A stretch of 64,000 bases of DNA from Candidatus Bathycorpusculum acetigenes (GTDB lineage Archaea > Thermoproteota > Bathyarchaeia > Bathyarchaeales > Bathycorpusculaceae), in the NCBI GenBank assembly GCA_009781675.1, contig WQVG01000003.1, positions 3,117 to 67,116 of the forward strand, given 5' to 3'. The notes beneath the pieces are model-generated. The model was given only the letters and a program-made list of their open reading frames with translations. It was not told the DNA's origin and did not search any database. A program made the translations under genes and the position numbers. Shown one piece after another: positions 45,329 to 54,508 of the stretch. How positions within the stretch are numbered: the first letter of the stretch is position 1; the number at the start of each line of letters is the position of its first letter.

Positions 45329-45411
45329 CAATGATGTTTATTTTTCTTTAATTTATGACATAATTATCAATACCTCTGGTCTGCCCAATCTATTGGACCT
45401 TACAAAATAAA

Positions 45412-46632
45412 TTAAAAGCTTACAAAGTTGAATTTAATTATCGAAACTACGCCCCAGAGATTAATCAGCACACTCAAAGCTATCAGGGTTTTCTCAGTCC
45501 ACCCCAAGTTTTCACGCATACCTGCGGCTGTGAGAAGCATAAGAAACGGAATGAAGTCGAGGCTGAAACGGTAGCCGAATTGGGTGAAACCCACGGTGCC
45601 ATGTGTAACTATGGGCGGCAATATACAGAGGATGGCTAAGGCGGCCTTTTTATTTAGACTTCTCCATCCGCCTCTAAGGGCTCCTCTGAAGATAAGAAGA
45701 AAAGCTGGAGTCGTTAAGAACAATCCCAGCCCCATCCAGTTAGGCTGAAACCATGGGAAATCGGGTAGCAGGTTGGGACCTTGAAAAAATATTGCATAGA
45801 TATGGCGGGGAATGTAGGCCACGTTGAAGATACCTTGCTGAAAGAAAGGGTCTTCTTGTATACCCGGAATGAGGTAGTAGCCTATGTTAGTGAAGACACC
45901 ATAACGCGCATAATCATATAACGCGTTTAACCCCACCGGTATAGCTAAACCTGCAAAGAAAAATAGCACCTGCTTAAACCTGGGGATCCATGTATTTTTC
46001 TGATCATATATAAGCAAGAGGAAAAAAGGAAACGCCAACACCACCGGTAATCGGGCAATCACAGCACAACCCAAAAACAAACCTACCACAAAATTTCCCT
46101 TCCCATATAACGAGCAGATTATAGCACAAGTAAGAAACAGCACAGCAACCACTTGCTCAATGTACCAAGAAGAACCCACTGATGCAATAAACCAAAAACA
46201 GGTACCAAAGCCAAACAGCACCGCCAACCACAGGGCTTTAGTTTGGCTTGAACCAGCTTTTTTGAGCATTAACCATGTTGCCGCAACACAAAAGCCTGCA
46301 AGGACAACTGAGAGAAGCGCCTGATCAAATGCAGTGCCCCAAATCGCAACAAACGGCAAAAGCAATACAGCAGACATCGGAGGATAAACCACATAATAGT
46401 TACCGTTGAATGGAACTATTTCTGCAAGATTCTCTCCTCCACCCGAGAGTCCCAACTTGCCATGGAGAAACGAATCCGCAAGATAGACAAAATGGTTTTG
46501 ACCCGGAGGAGGACCCTTGGAAAGCAAAAATACGAGCAAAGCAATTGTTGCTATAAGCAGAAGTTTATAGCGTAACCTCAGAGACGTAGCCTTTTCTATT
46601 GTAGACTCGAGGGTTTGGCGAACGTTGTTCAA
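45412..46632 (-). CDS. GT-C-fold membrane glycosyltransferase-like protein (PMT/ArnT-like)
   Basis: About 11 TM helices with a conserved acidic/aromatic first loop (YLADSFLHGKLGL). 406 aa. Confidence 0.5.
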   Translation of the reverse strand: MNNVRQTLESTIEKATSLRLRYKLLLIATIALLVFLLSKGPPPGQNHFVYLADSFLHGKLGLSGGGENLAEIVPFNGNYYVVYPPMSAVLLLPFVAIWGTAFDQALLSVVLAGFCVAATWLMLKKAGSSQTKALWLAVLFGFGTCFWFIASVGSSWYIEQVVAVLFLTCAIICSLYGKGNFVVGLFLGCAVIARLPVVLAFPFFLLLIYDQKNTWIPRFKQVLFFFAGLAIPVGLNALYDYARYGVFTNIGYYLIPGIQEDPFFQQGIFNVAYIPRHIYAIFFQGPNLLPDFPWFQPNWMGLGLFLTTPAFLLIFRGALRGGWRSLNKKAALAILCILPPIVTHGTVGFTQFGYRFSLDFIPFLMLLTAAGMRENLGWTEKTLIALSVLINLWGVVSIIKFNFVSF

Positions 46633-46692
46633 CGTTACCTGACAATATAGAGATAACTGAAGGTTTTTAACCTTTAATGCAAAAACTTCTCT

Positions 46693-46911
46693 ATGGGAAA
46701 ATGTACAAAAACCGTGGGTGAACGCCGCCTAGGTCGAACCATTTACAAATTGGGTAACAGCATAGAACTCAGTAGCAAGGAAGGCAAAGCAAAACTAGCT
46801 GAACAAAATTACAAACAGCAGGTTCAAGCAGAACAGGGATTTGACGAAGATTCTCCGGTGCAAAACCTACGAGACACAACAAAATGGAAAACCCCAAAAA
46901 ACGGCTCTTAA
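46693..46911 (+). CDS. Hypothetical small basic protein (72 aa)
   Basis: ORF only. Confidence 0.25.
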   Translation: MGKCTKTVGERRLGRTIYKLGNSIELSSKEGKAKLAEQNYKQQVQAEQGFDEDSPVQNLRDTTKWKTPKNGS

Positions 46912-47100
46912 ATCTAACATCATTGAAAAACAAGTTTCATGCTGAACTCTTACTTTAGGGTTGATTCGGTTACTTGAATGGTGTGTGACAGACCATTTTT
47001 TGAAGACTAACCAAAAAACGCCGCCAGTTTATCTTCCTTGTAAACAGAAGCATGGTATAGCGTCCTGTAGTTTTACCACAGTTTGTGCGTACTGCTTCTG

Positions 47101-47727
47101 CTACCTAGTGATATAAGTCATTTCGTTTTTATCCCTGTTATTCTGTACGCTTTCTCTGCCCAGCTGGAAAGCTTTGAGGTTTAGGCTGATATAATCCCTT
47201 TTGAGTCTGTTTGCTATCGCCTGCTGAAATGATTCCACTTTAAGCGGGACCTCAGGAAGTGCAGAGAGTGCTCCAAGCAGAATTGTGTTAACAACCAGCA
47301 TGTTGCCCAATCTGTGGGCGATGCCTGGGCCGTCTACTTCATGAACCCGTGCTTTTGTCTTTAAAAGCTTCAGTAGCTCTTCTGTGCTTTTGAGTTTAAC
47401 GCCTGCAGGTAAGCTGTTTGGCGGAATAAGTTTCATGTTAACAATGACTGTACCGCACTCTTTGAGCATTGGCAGCGTTCGGGTGGTTTCTAGAACCTCA
47501 AAGCCCACCACTACATCGGCTTTTCCTGTTTCGATGAGGGGCGTTTCAACTTTGTTTCCGATACGTGTGTAGGCTACAATCGAGCCACCTCGTTGTGCCA
47601 TGCCATGTATCTCTGCTTTTGCAACATCGAAATCTTCTATCATTGCGGCCTCACAAAAAATATCGCTTAACAATACAACGCCCTGTCCGCCAACACCGCT
47701 AAAAACTACATCAAGTTTTTGTTTCAT
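47101..47727 (-). CDS. iorB: Indolepyruvate:ferredoxin oxidoreductase beta subunit
   Basis: GVGGQGVV motif and POR-gamma-like fold. 4-nt overlap with iorA. Confidence 0.85.
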   Translation of the reverse strand: MKQKLDVVFSGVGGQGVVLLSDIFCEAAMIEDFDVAKAEIHGMAQRGGSIVAYTRIGNKVETPLIETGKADVVVGFEVLETTRTLPMLKECGTVIVNMKLIPPNSLPAGVKLKSTEELLKLLKTKARVHEVDGPGIAHRLGNMLVVNTILLGALSALPEVPLKVESFQQAIANRLKRDYISLNLKAFQLGRESVQNNRDKNEMTYITR

Positions 47728-49916
47728 TGTTCTTCTCTCACGATTGCACTAAAGGGGCAGACTTTTTCACATACTCCACAGCCGTTACAGAGGGTGGCAT
47801 CGATTTCAGCTCTATTGCCGGTTTGACTTATAGCTGGACAGCCAAAGACTTCTGTACAGACTCTACAGCCGCGACATTGGTCTTTGATTTTTAGAGGGAT
47901 ATCGCGTGGGGCTAAAAGCGGGCAGGGCCGTTTAGCGATAATCACTGAGGGGCCCTCATAATTGATGGTTGTTCGTAGCGCTTTAGTTGTGGCTTTTATA
48001 TCGTAGGGATCGACAGTGATGACCTTTTCGATTCCAAGAGCACGGACGAGGCTTTCTATGTTAATGATTTTGGCGTTTTGACCCATGGCGGTTTTTCCTG
48101 ACCCCGGAGTTGGTTGATGGCCTGTCATAGCAACTATGCTGTTATCCATAATGATGACACAAACGTTGGCTTGGTTGTAGACAATGTTTAGCAGTCCTGG
48201 CATACCGCCATGGAAAAAGGTAGAGTCACCGATGACTGCAAAGACTTTGTCCTTTACACCTGCATGAATCATCCCTGCGGCCTGCGAGATGCCCCCACCC
48301 ATACAGAGACATGTCTGAAGGGATTTAACTGGTGGCAAAGCTCCAAGAGTGTAGCAACCAATGTCGCCCGCTACAATTTTATCCTCGGATTTTCCCCTCA
48401 AACTTAGGGCCCCCTGGGGACAGAGCGCGACACATCTGGGGTTGCCGCCGCAACCATCACAAACTATGGGTTTATGGGTTGTGGGATGCATGTTGAGCGC
48501 GCCGTATTGACAGGCTTCAATGCACCAGCCGCAACCGTTACATTGGTTTTTGTCAACGATAATATTGCCTGTGATGGGGGATTGGGAGAGGGCGTCGCGG
48601 GGGCATGCGGCGACGCATGCGGGGTCTTGGCAGACCTGACAGGTTATGGCTATGTTTTGAATTTGATTTTGACGTACAACGCGTATACGAGATTTGGAAG
48701 TGTTGTATACTTTTTCTTTGTTGTATGAGCATGCATACTCACAGGTGCCACAACCCACGCATTTATTGCTATCACAGTATACTGATTTGTGAATCATGTT
48801 TAGGGTGTAGTAGAGGGCACGGTGGGTGCATCCGGGACATAAGCCTGGCGGACGCGGCGGCAAATTGAGTTGTTGAGGTTTTTCTGGATTTGTGGTTAGA
48901 TGTAATTTGGCAAGGGCTGTGCGGATTTTGTCTGGGGAGAATTCTCCGATTTCCTCTAGTCCAAGTTCTGTTTTACCTATAAAGTCAATTTTTAGGCGTG
49001 CAATGTTTTCTTCTATATAGGGCCGTAGTTCCTCAAGAACTATTAGTTTTTTAACTTTAGACGCAAACGTTTTGACCAATTCTGAGGGAAATGGATGGAC
49101 AAACCCAAGTTTTAGCCATGAAATCTTCGAGGTATCCAAAAGGGAACGTGCATAGTAGTAACCAACACCGCTCCCTATGATTCCTATGTCTGAACTGTTA
49201 TCCTCAACGATGTTAAACGGTGAGGTTTCAGCTTCATTTTTTGCCTCTAATAGTTTACTCTCTAAAACTCGATGTTGACGGCTCGCGTTGGCCGGTACCA
49301 TAACCCATTTTGAGATATCCTTATCAAACTCGGCTTTGCGCTCAAATCTTTGGAGCTCTCCTAGTTTTACTCGTGCTTTGCCATGTGCAACGCGGGTGGT
49401 CAACCGTAAAATAATCGGTAAGCGGAGTTTTTCGCTGATTTCATAGGCTTTACGCGCCATGTCAAGTGCTTCTTGGGGATTGCCCGCATCAAGCAGGGGT
49501 AGTTTTGCGTGGACGGCGAAGTAGCGTGTGTCCTGCTCGTTTTGACTGCTATGCAGGGCAGGGTCATCGCAGATTACAATGACCAAACCGCCTTCGATGC
49601 CTGTGTATGCTAGAGTCATGATGGCATCTGATGCCACGTTTGAGCCTACATGTTTCATCGAGGTGAGTGCACGTACTCCTGTCATCGATGCGCCGATGGC
49701 AACCTCTGTGGCAATGATTTCATTAAGACTCCACTCAACATAAATCCCCAAGTCTTTTGCAACTACTGCTAAGGTTTCTAAAATCTCTGTGGAGGGTGTG
49801 CCGGGATAGGCCGCGGCAACTTTGATGTTAGCTTCGATTGCTCCCCGGGCGGTTGCTTCATCGCCGTTGAGCAGGGCGTAACTGCCCGGCTTATCTACAT
49901 TTATCTTGGAAGTCAT
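47724..49916 (-). CDS. iorA: Indolepyruvate:ferredoxin oxidoreductase alpha subunit with an inserted poly-ferredoxin module
   Basis: TPP PYR/PP domains (GDIGCYTLG, GDSTFFHGG), C-terminal CRGCRVC...CNGCGVCEKVCP, plus an extra 16-Cys insert at aa 379-513. Confidence 0.85.
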   Translation of the reverse strand: MTSKINVDKPGSYALLNGDEATARGAIEANIKVAAAYPGTPSTEILETLAVVAKDLGIYVEWSLNEIIATEVAIGASMTGVRALTSMKHVGSNVASDAIMTLAYTGIEGGLVIVICDDPALHSSQNEQDTRYFAVHAKLPLLDAGNPQEALDMARKAYEISEKLRLPIILRLTTRVAHGKARVKLGELQRFERKAEFDKDISKWVMVPANASRQHRVLESKLLEAKNEAETSPFNIVEDNSSDIGIIGSGVGYYYARSLLDTSKISWLKLGFVHPFPSELVKTFASKVKKLIVLEELRPYIEENIARLKIDFIGKTELGLEEIGEFSPDKIRTALAKLHLTTNPEKPQQLNLPPRPPGLCPGCTHRALYYTLNMIHKSVYCDSNKCVGCGTCEYACSYNKEKVYNTSKSRIRVVRQNQIQNIAITCQVCQDPACVAACPRDALSQSPITGNIIVDKNQCNGCGWCIEACQYGALNMHPTTHKPIVCDGCGGNPRCVALCPQGALSLRGKSEDKIVAGDIGCYTLGALPPVKSLQTCLCMGGGISQAAGMIHAGVKDKVFAVIGDSTFFHGGMPGLLNIVYNQANVCVIIMDNSIVAMTGHQPTPGSGKTAMGQNAKIINIESLVRALGIEKVITVDPYDIKATTKALRTTINYEGPSVIIAKRPCPLLAPRDIPLKIKDQCRGCRVCTEVFGCPAISQTGNRAEIDATLCNGCGVCEKVCPFSAIVREEQ

Positions 49917-49924
49917 CGTTACTC

Positions 49925-51241
49925 CTACATTTTGCCTTTACGCAAATCTAGTACCCGCTTGGCTTTGCCCTCGGTCCGTGGTAACTCACCATATTGGACA
50001 ATTTCTACATCAGCAGATATGCCTGTTATGATATGAATTCGTTTTTGAATATCGCTCTTTAAAGTCTTTCTGTCAAGCTGGCTGTTTTGAGCGGCTTTCT
50101 CTGTCATCTCCACCTTGACCGTGAAGGTATCAAGCGCTCCTGGTCGATCTACAACTATTAGGTACTGAGCGGATAGCTCAGAGAAATCCATAACCGCATA
50201 TTCAATTTGCGAGGGAAAAACGTTGACGCCGCGGATGATAAGCATATCATCTGTGCGACCGGTTATGTGTGTCATTCTGGCATGTGTGCGTCCGCATCTA
50301 CAGGGGTTGATGTCTATTTTGGAAATATCTCGGGTTCGATAGCGTAACATAGGTATGCCCGTTTTAGTTAGCGCTGTGAAGACCAGTTCGCCTTCTTTGC
50401 CTTCAGCTAGAACTTCTCCTGTGTCGGGGTCGATGGTTTCTACGATGAAATGATCTTCCCAAACATGTAACCCTGTGTGTTCTTCACATTCTATAGAGAC
50501 CCCCGGACCGCAAAGCTCGGTTAACCCATAGATATCAAAGGTCTCTATGCCCATTTCCTGTTCAATACGTTCACGAATTTTACTTGACCACGGTTCCGCA
50601 CCAAACATGCCGCGTTTGAGTTTGAGGTCTTTTTTAGGGTCGACGCCTTCCTGTGTCATAGCCTCAGAAAGATAAACCGCAAAGCTGGGAGTGCATGCCA
50701 GCATAGTTACCTCTAGATCTTTCATGAGTTTGATCTGACGCTGAGTCATGCCACTGCTTGCCGGCACAATCTTTGCACCTATTTTCTGTGCGCCATAATG
50801 GAAACCAAACCCGCCTGTGAATAAACCATACCCATACGCAATATGTATGACATCCTGTGGCCTACCACCCGTGGTATAGATACTGCGTGCCATAAGCTCT
50901 TGCCAGATCTCTATGTCGTTTTGGGTATAGGCACCGATGATGGGGTTGCCTGTGGTTCCACTTGAGGCATGAACCTCAACAATCTCACTTGGTGAAGCAG
51001 TAACCATGCCAAGAGGATAGTTATCCTTTAGGTCACTTTTAACGGTAAAGGGAATTTTCTGCAAATCCTCTATAGTTTGGATGTCCTTTGGCTTTAAGTT
51101 TATTGCATCAAATTTTTTACGATAAAAGTTACTCTTCTCATAGCAATAGTTAACTTGTTCTTTGAGCTTCTGCAACTGATAGTTTTTAATGTCCTGTCTA
51201 GGCATGGTTTCGATTTTTCGGTTCCAGTACTTGCCATCCAA
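49925..51241 (-). CDS. paaK: Phenylacetate-CoA ligase (PaaK / coenzyme F390 synthetase family)
   Basis: SSGTTGNP AMP-binding motif, YGLTE, and the C-terminal ACT-like region typical of PaaK. Confidence 0.85.
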   Translation of the reverse strand: MDGKYWNRKIETMPRQDIKNYQLQKLKEQVNYCYEKSNFYRKKFDAINLKPKDIQTIEDLQKIPFTVKSDLKDNYPLGMVTASPSEIVEVHASSGTTGNPIIGAYTQNDIEIWQELMARSIYTTGGRPQDVIHIAYGYGLFTGGFGFHYGAQKIGAKIVPASSGMTQRQIKLMKDLEVTMLACTPSFAVYLSEAMTQEGVDPKKDLKLKRGMFGAEPWSSKIRERIEQEMGIETFDIYGLTELCGPGVSIECEEHTGLHVWEDHFIVETIDPDTGEVLAEGKEGELVFTALTKTGIPMLRYRTRDISKIDINPCRCGRTHARMTHITGRTDDMLIIRGVNVFPSQIEYAVMDFSELSAQYLIVVDRPGALDTFTVKVEMTEKAAQNSQLDRKTLKSDIQKRIHIITGISADVEIVQYGELPRTEGKAKRVLDLRKGKM

Positions 51242-51470
51242 GGTTTATCCTCTCGTTTTCTGAGCGTAGCTACACTTCTTTTATGAGTCTATTAGATAAA
51301 AGTTCCCTACATTTAACAATAGCCGGGCATTTGTTCTCATTTGAGCTTTCTATGTATACCTCGTGTAGTTTTCATCAAAGCAATAAAATAGTAACTCCCC
51401 TGCAACTCGTGCGTTTAATAACCTGGTAGCTCTCACCATTTTCTTACTTTGATTTTCTAAACCCACGTAT

Positions 51471-52106
51471 TTATTCTCTTGAAATACCCACTAATTCTAT
51501 CTCTTCCCCAGGTTGAATGATGAGTTTGTTTGGGGCGTCCCATTTTTGTACTTTCATTAAATCAAACAGTGCTCCTGGCTTCATATGAACCAACACATTG
51601 TGTTTTGCTCCCACAATCCTTGCACACTGTGCCGCTTCATTTAGCCCCATATTAAACATTCCATCACCGCAAAACAGTGCGTAATCGATCTCTCGATTAG
51701 CAAGCTCTGACATCTGTTTAGTTTTTGAGGTATCGCCTGAACAATAAATTCGGACACCATCAAGGGTTATGATAAATCCAACGCAAGCCTTAGGATTGTG
51801 CATGAGATTTCGCGCTTCTGTGGCTTCAATTTCGATCCCACTAAGCGAGAAACTATTGTGTCTTCCACCCGCTAAAGCCTCTTTATTTGTAATAATTTTA
51901 CAACCCTCGTTTTGAGTAATCAATTCCAACTTATTATGATCCTGATGTTCATGCGTAACAAGGACAATATCAGCTGGCTTATCATACCCTTCACCAGCAT
52001 ATGGGTCAAGATATATTACCCGTCCGTCTTGCGCAGTTATACGTATGCTTCCATGCCCTTGATATAGTAGTTTTGCCACTCTAACGATCTCCAAAAGACT
52101 ATTCAC
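51471..52106 (-). CDS. MBL-fold metallo-hydrolase
   Basis: LVTHEHQDHN motif, 211 aa. Confidence 0.75.
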   Translation of the reverse strand: MNSLLEIVRVAKLLYQGHGSIRITAQDGRVIYLDPYAGEGYDKPADIVLVTHEHQDHNKLELITQNEGCKIITNKEALAGGRHNSFSLSGIEIEATEARNLMHNPKACVGFIITLDGVRIYCSGDTSKTKQMSELANREIDYALFCGDGMFNMGLNEAAQCARIVGAKHNVLVHMKPGALFDLMKVQKWDAPNKLIIQPGEEIELVGISRE

Positions 52107-52326
52107 AAATGTTATTTATAAGAAATTTTGAAATAATTTCCAACAGACAAAATTCCGCTATAATGCACGGTTCTAATGAGGGCAGACAAGAATTATGTTC
52201 CCAATTATGGAACGCACAATTGCCGACCCTGTCAAGCGCAAAAATACCTATAAACGTTAACCTGTGGTCATATCATCATCAACATAACTTGTTTTTAAAG
52301 GCATACGACTGATATTGAGGTGAGTG

Positions 52327-52403
52327 TGGTGGGCCCGATCGGATTTGAACCAATGACCAACAGATTATGAGTCTGGCGCTCTACCTAGCTGAGCTACGGG
52401 CCC
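52327..52403 (-). tRNA. tRNA with CAU anticodon (elongator Met, or Ile2 if agmatidinylated), CCA encoded
   Basis: Hand-folded: acceptor GGGCCCG/CGGGCCC, D arm GCTC-AGCTAGGTA-GAGC, loop CTCATAA, T arm ATTGG-TTCAAAT-CCGAT. Not initiator-like. Confidence 0.85.
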
Positions 52404-52479
52404 AACCCCTGTTGCTACATATTGCTATTCCAAACAGCATTTAAACATTTTCCGCCCCTTCCCTAAGTAACCAAACGAT

Positions 52480-52501
52480 AAAAAATAAAAATCCAAAAAA
52501 A
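52480..52501 (-). terminator. Oligo-T tracts (T7, T5, T6 on the minus strand) downstream of the wHTH-TM gene
   Basis: A-runs on the plus strand 30-50 nt beyond the stop at 52530. Archaeal terminators are oligo-T. Confidence 0.35.
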
Positions 52502-52529
52502 GATTACTTCCTCTTGTTTCCTCTTGTTT

Positions 52530-52988
52530 TTAGCCCTCAAAAATTGCCCGTTTGTTGCGTTGCCATAAAATTAATCCTTCAGCTAAAAACAGGCTTGCAG
52601 AACCAGCAGTAATTGGAACCAAGTATAAAACAGCTAAACTCGGTATCAAATTTTGAAAGAAAATCTGTCCTCCTAAAATCACCAATTCAACAATTAGCAT
52701 ACCAAAGAAAAAAAGGGAGTAACATATTAGGCGGGGCACGAGGTTTTTGCCGACCCACACATGCCCGCTAACATTTGTTTTCTCTTTTGTGACATATGTA
52801 CCATACACGGTTTTTTCGATTAAACCCAGCGATTCTAATTTCTGTAGTTGTCGGTATGCCGTGCTTGGACTGGATAGGTTGGCGCCGCGCATAACTTCTC
52901 TTGGTCCAACTGGTTTGTCTTCTTTAACCACAAAGGCATAAACGCTCAATGTGTTACCTTCCAAGTCTTCACAGCCCAAGCTAGACAC
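52530..52988 (-). CDS. Membrane-tethered winged-helix DNA-binding protein (wHTH plus 2 TM), paralog of 57629-58093
   Basis: N-terminal wHTH (REVMRGANLSSPSTAYRQLQKLESLGLIEK), conserved GHVWVGKNLVPRL junction, two C-terminal TM helices. Confidence 0.6.
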   Translation of the reverse strand: MSSLGCEDLEGNTLSVYAFVVKEDKPVGPREVMRGANLSSPSTAYRQLQKLESLGLIEKTVYGTYVTKEKTNVSGHVWVGKNLVPRLICYSLFFFGMLIVELVILGGQIFFQNLIPSLAVLYLVPITAGSASLFLAEGLILWQRNKRAIFEG

Positions 52989-52992
52989 CCCA

Positions 52993-54087
52993 TTAACTCC
53001 TGGGTCTGATGAATACTTCTGCGCCGTATTGATCGAGCTGGAACATTTGATCGTCAGACAAGCATGTATTGTAGATATAGCTGTTCCCGATTTGTGTTAG
53101 GACGAGTTGCTTGATTACCTCTGTTGTTGCCCATGTATCAAGAAAAGCATTGGTTCCTACATCGCGATTAACATCAACATCTGTATGCACTCTAAGTAGC
53201 GTTTGGATGATGCCTGATCGGATAACATCAACAGGGTTTATGTAACCATCTTCAGTTAGAGCCACACAATCTAATCGGGCATCCCAGCTACCAGAAATTA
53301 CAAGCAAACGCGATTCGCCTGGTGCAAAATGGTTGTCAAATGCGTCGTCTCCAATATGGACCACTTTCGTTGTCGAATCGCCATAGTTGTCACCGGTCTC
53401 AGATATTTGGTAGCATATCTGTTGCTCAGCAATTATTGCCGATCCACTGTAGGACGATCCGTCTTCAGGTATATCAATGGTGATTCGCCCAGTTACGTCG
53501 ACCCATGTGCCGTTCATGTTTAAATAAATGTACGAGTTGGTGCCTGCATCGTTGTGGACTGTTCGCTTATAATATTCTACGCCCTCCATCCAGTACTCTT
53601 TTTGATCCAAATAAGCCCAAGGCGATTGAGTAATTGTGCCATTCTCATCGAAGTATGGAGAGGGGCTATGCAGTGTTATGTTATACCATATTCCGTCAAC
53701 CCAAGCGCCTTCTGCTGTTCCACCACCACCGCTACTCCAGGCCCCATCAAAGATTGGTCTCTGCTCAGTGGTATTTCGGATGTTTTGATCTGCCCAGAAG
53801 TTCATTAAAAACAGGAGCGCTGTATAATCAGAGGGGTTAGTGACGTTAACGACTGCATAGTAGTCTATTGTTGGTCCGTCAGTTTGGGTTATGGGTGTAT
53901 CGGGGTTTGTTATAGTAAAGTCGGCGTAGACAACATCTATGTTGAAAGCTGCAGTAGGTCCCTGTACATGTGTAATCCAAGGTCGAATGTTTAGGTTTAA
54001 CTCTGATACAAGTAGAGGTGTCGCTGCTACAATTCCAATGGAAACCGATAGTATTAAACATACGATGATTTTTGCTGCGGTTTTCAT
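52993..54087 (-). CDS. Secreted protein (364 aa), function unknown
   Basis: Signal peptide MKTAAKIIVCLILSVSIGIVAA. Asn/Thr/Asp-rich, beta-like body. 4 nt upstream of the wHTH-TM gene. Confidence 0.6.
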   Translation of the reverse strand: MKTAAKIIVCLILSVSIGIVAATPLLVSELNLNIRPWITHVQGPTAAFNIDVVYADFTITNPDTPITQTDGPTIDYYAVVNVTNPSDYTALLFLMNFWADQNIRNTTEQRPIFDGAWSSGGGGTAEGAWVDGIWYNITLHSPSPYFDENGTITQSPWAYLDQKEYWMEGVEYYKRTVHNDAGTNSYIYLNMNGTWVDVTGRITIDIPEDGSSYSGSAIIAEQQICYQISETGDNYGDSTTKVVHIGDDAFDNHFAPGESRLLVISGSWDARLDCVALTEDGYINPVDVIRSGIIQTLLRVHTDVDVNRDVGTNAFLDTWATTEVIKQLVLTQIGNSYIYNTCLSDDQMFQLDQYGAEVFIRPRS

Positions 54088-54163
54088 GTTTTTCCCTGAG
54101 TATGCATTTAGCTAAAGCAACTATTAGCTCTGTTTACGGAACGTTTCTGTTCCAAAGCGGAAC
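54088..54163 (-). promoter_or_regulatory. Second copy of the conserved GTTCC/GGAAC upstream element with TATA-like box and leader
   Basis: See 24854-24927. Same orientation and same spacing to the start codon. Confidence 0.6.
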
Positions 54164-54215
54164 ATACCCAAACTAAAAAACAAATTAAAGAAACCGAAAA
54201 ATTTAGCTCACTTCA

Positions 54216-54473
54216 CTAAGTCAGAGGTTTACCAAACCATTTCTCATACCACGCACTATACATGGAGAGGCACTCATGCTGGTATGTTGCATCGCCTTCT
54301 TCTCTGAGACAACTAGCGAGCTCTAAATTATGCGCGAGCTCTGCTTTTGCTTCCTGCACGGTTGAGTCTATGTCATCGAGCATGTCGTTGCCGCCGGTTG
54401 CATAATCCTTTGTTGCCTGCTTCAAAAAAGTTCTTTTCTGACTGATTAATTGGCCTATTTTGCCTTCGCTCAT
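54216..54473 (-). CDS. Hypothetical helical protein (85 aa)
   Basis: ORF only, protein-like composition. Confidence 0.35.
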   Translation of the reverse strand: MSEGKIGQLISQKRTFLKQATKDYATGGNDMLDDIDSTVQEAKAELAHNLELASCLREEGDATYQHECLSMYSAWYEKWFGKPLT

Positions 54474-54508
54474 ATGCTCACCAGCCAGGTATTGATTGCC
54501 TACACATT

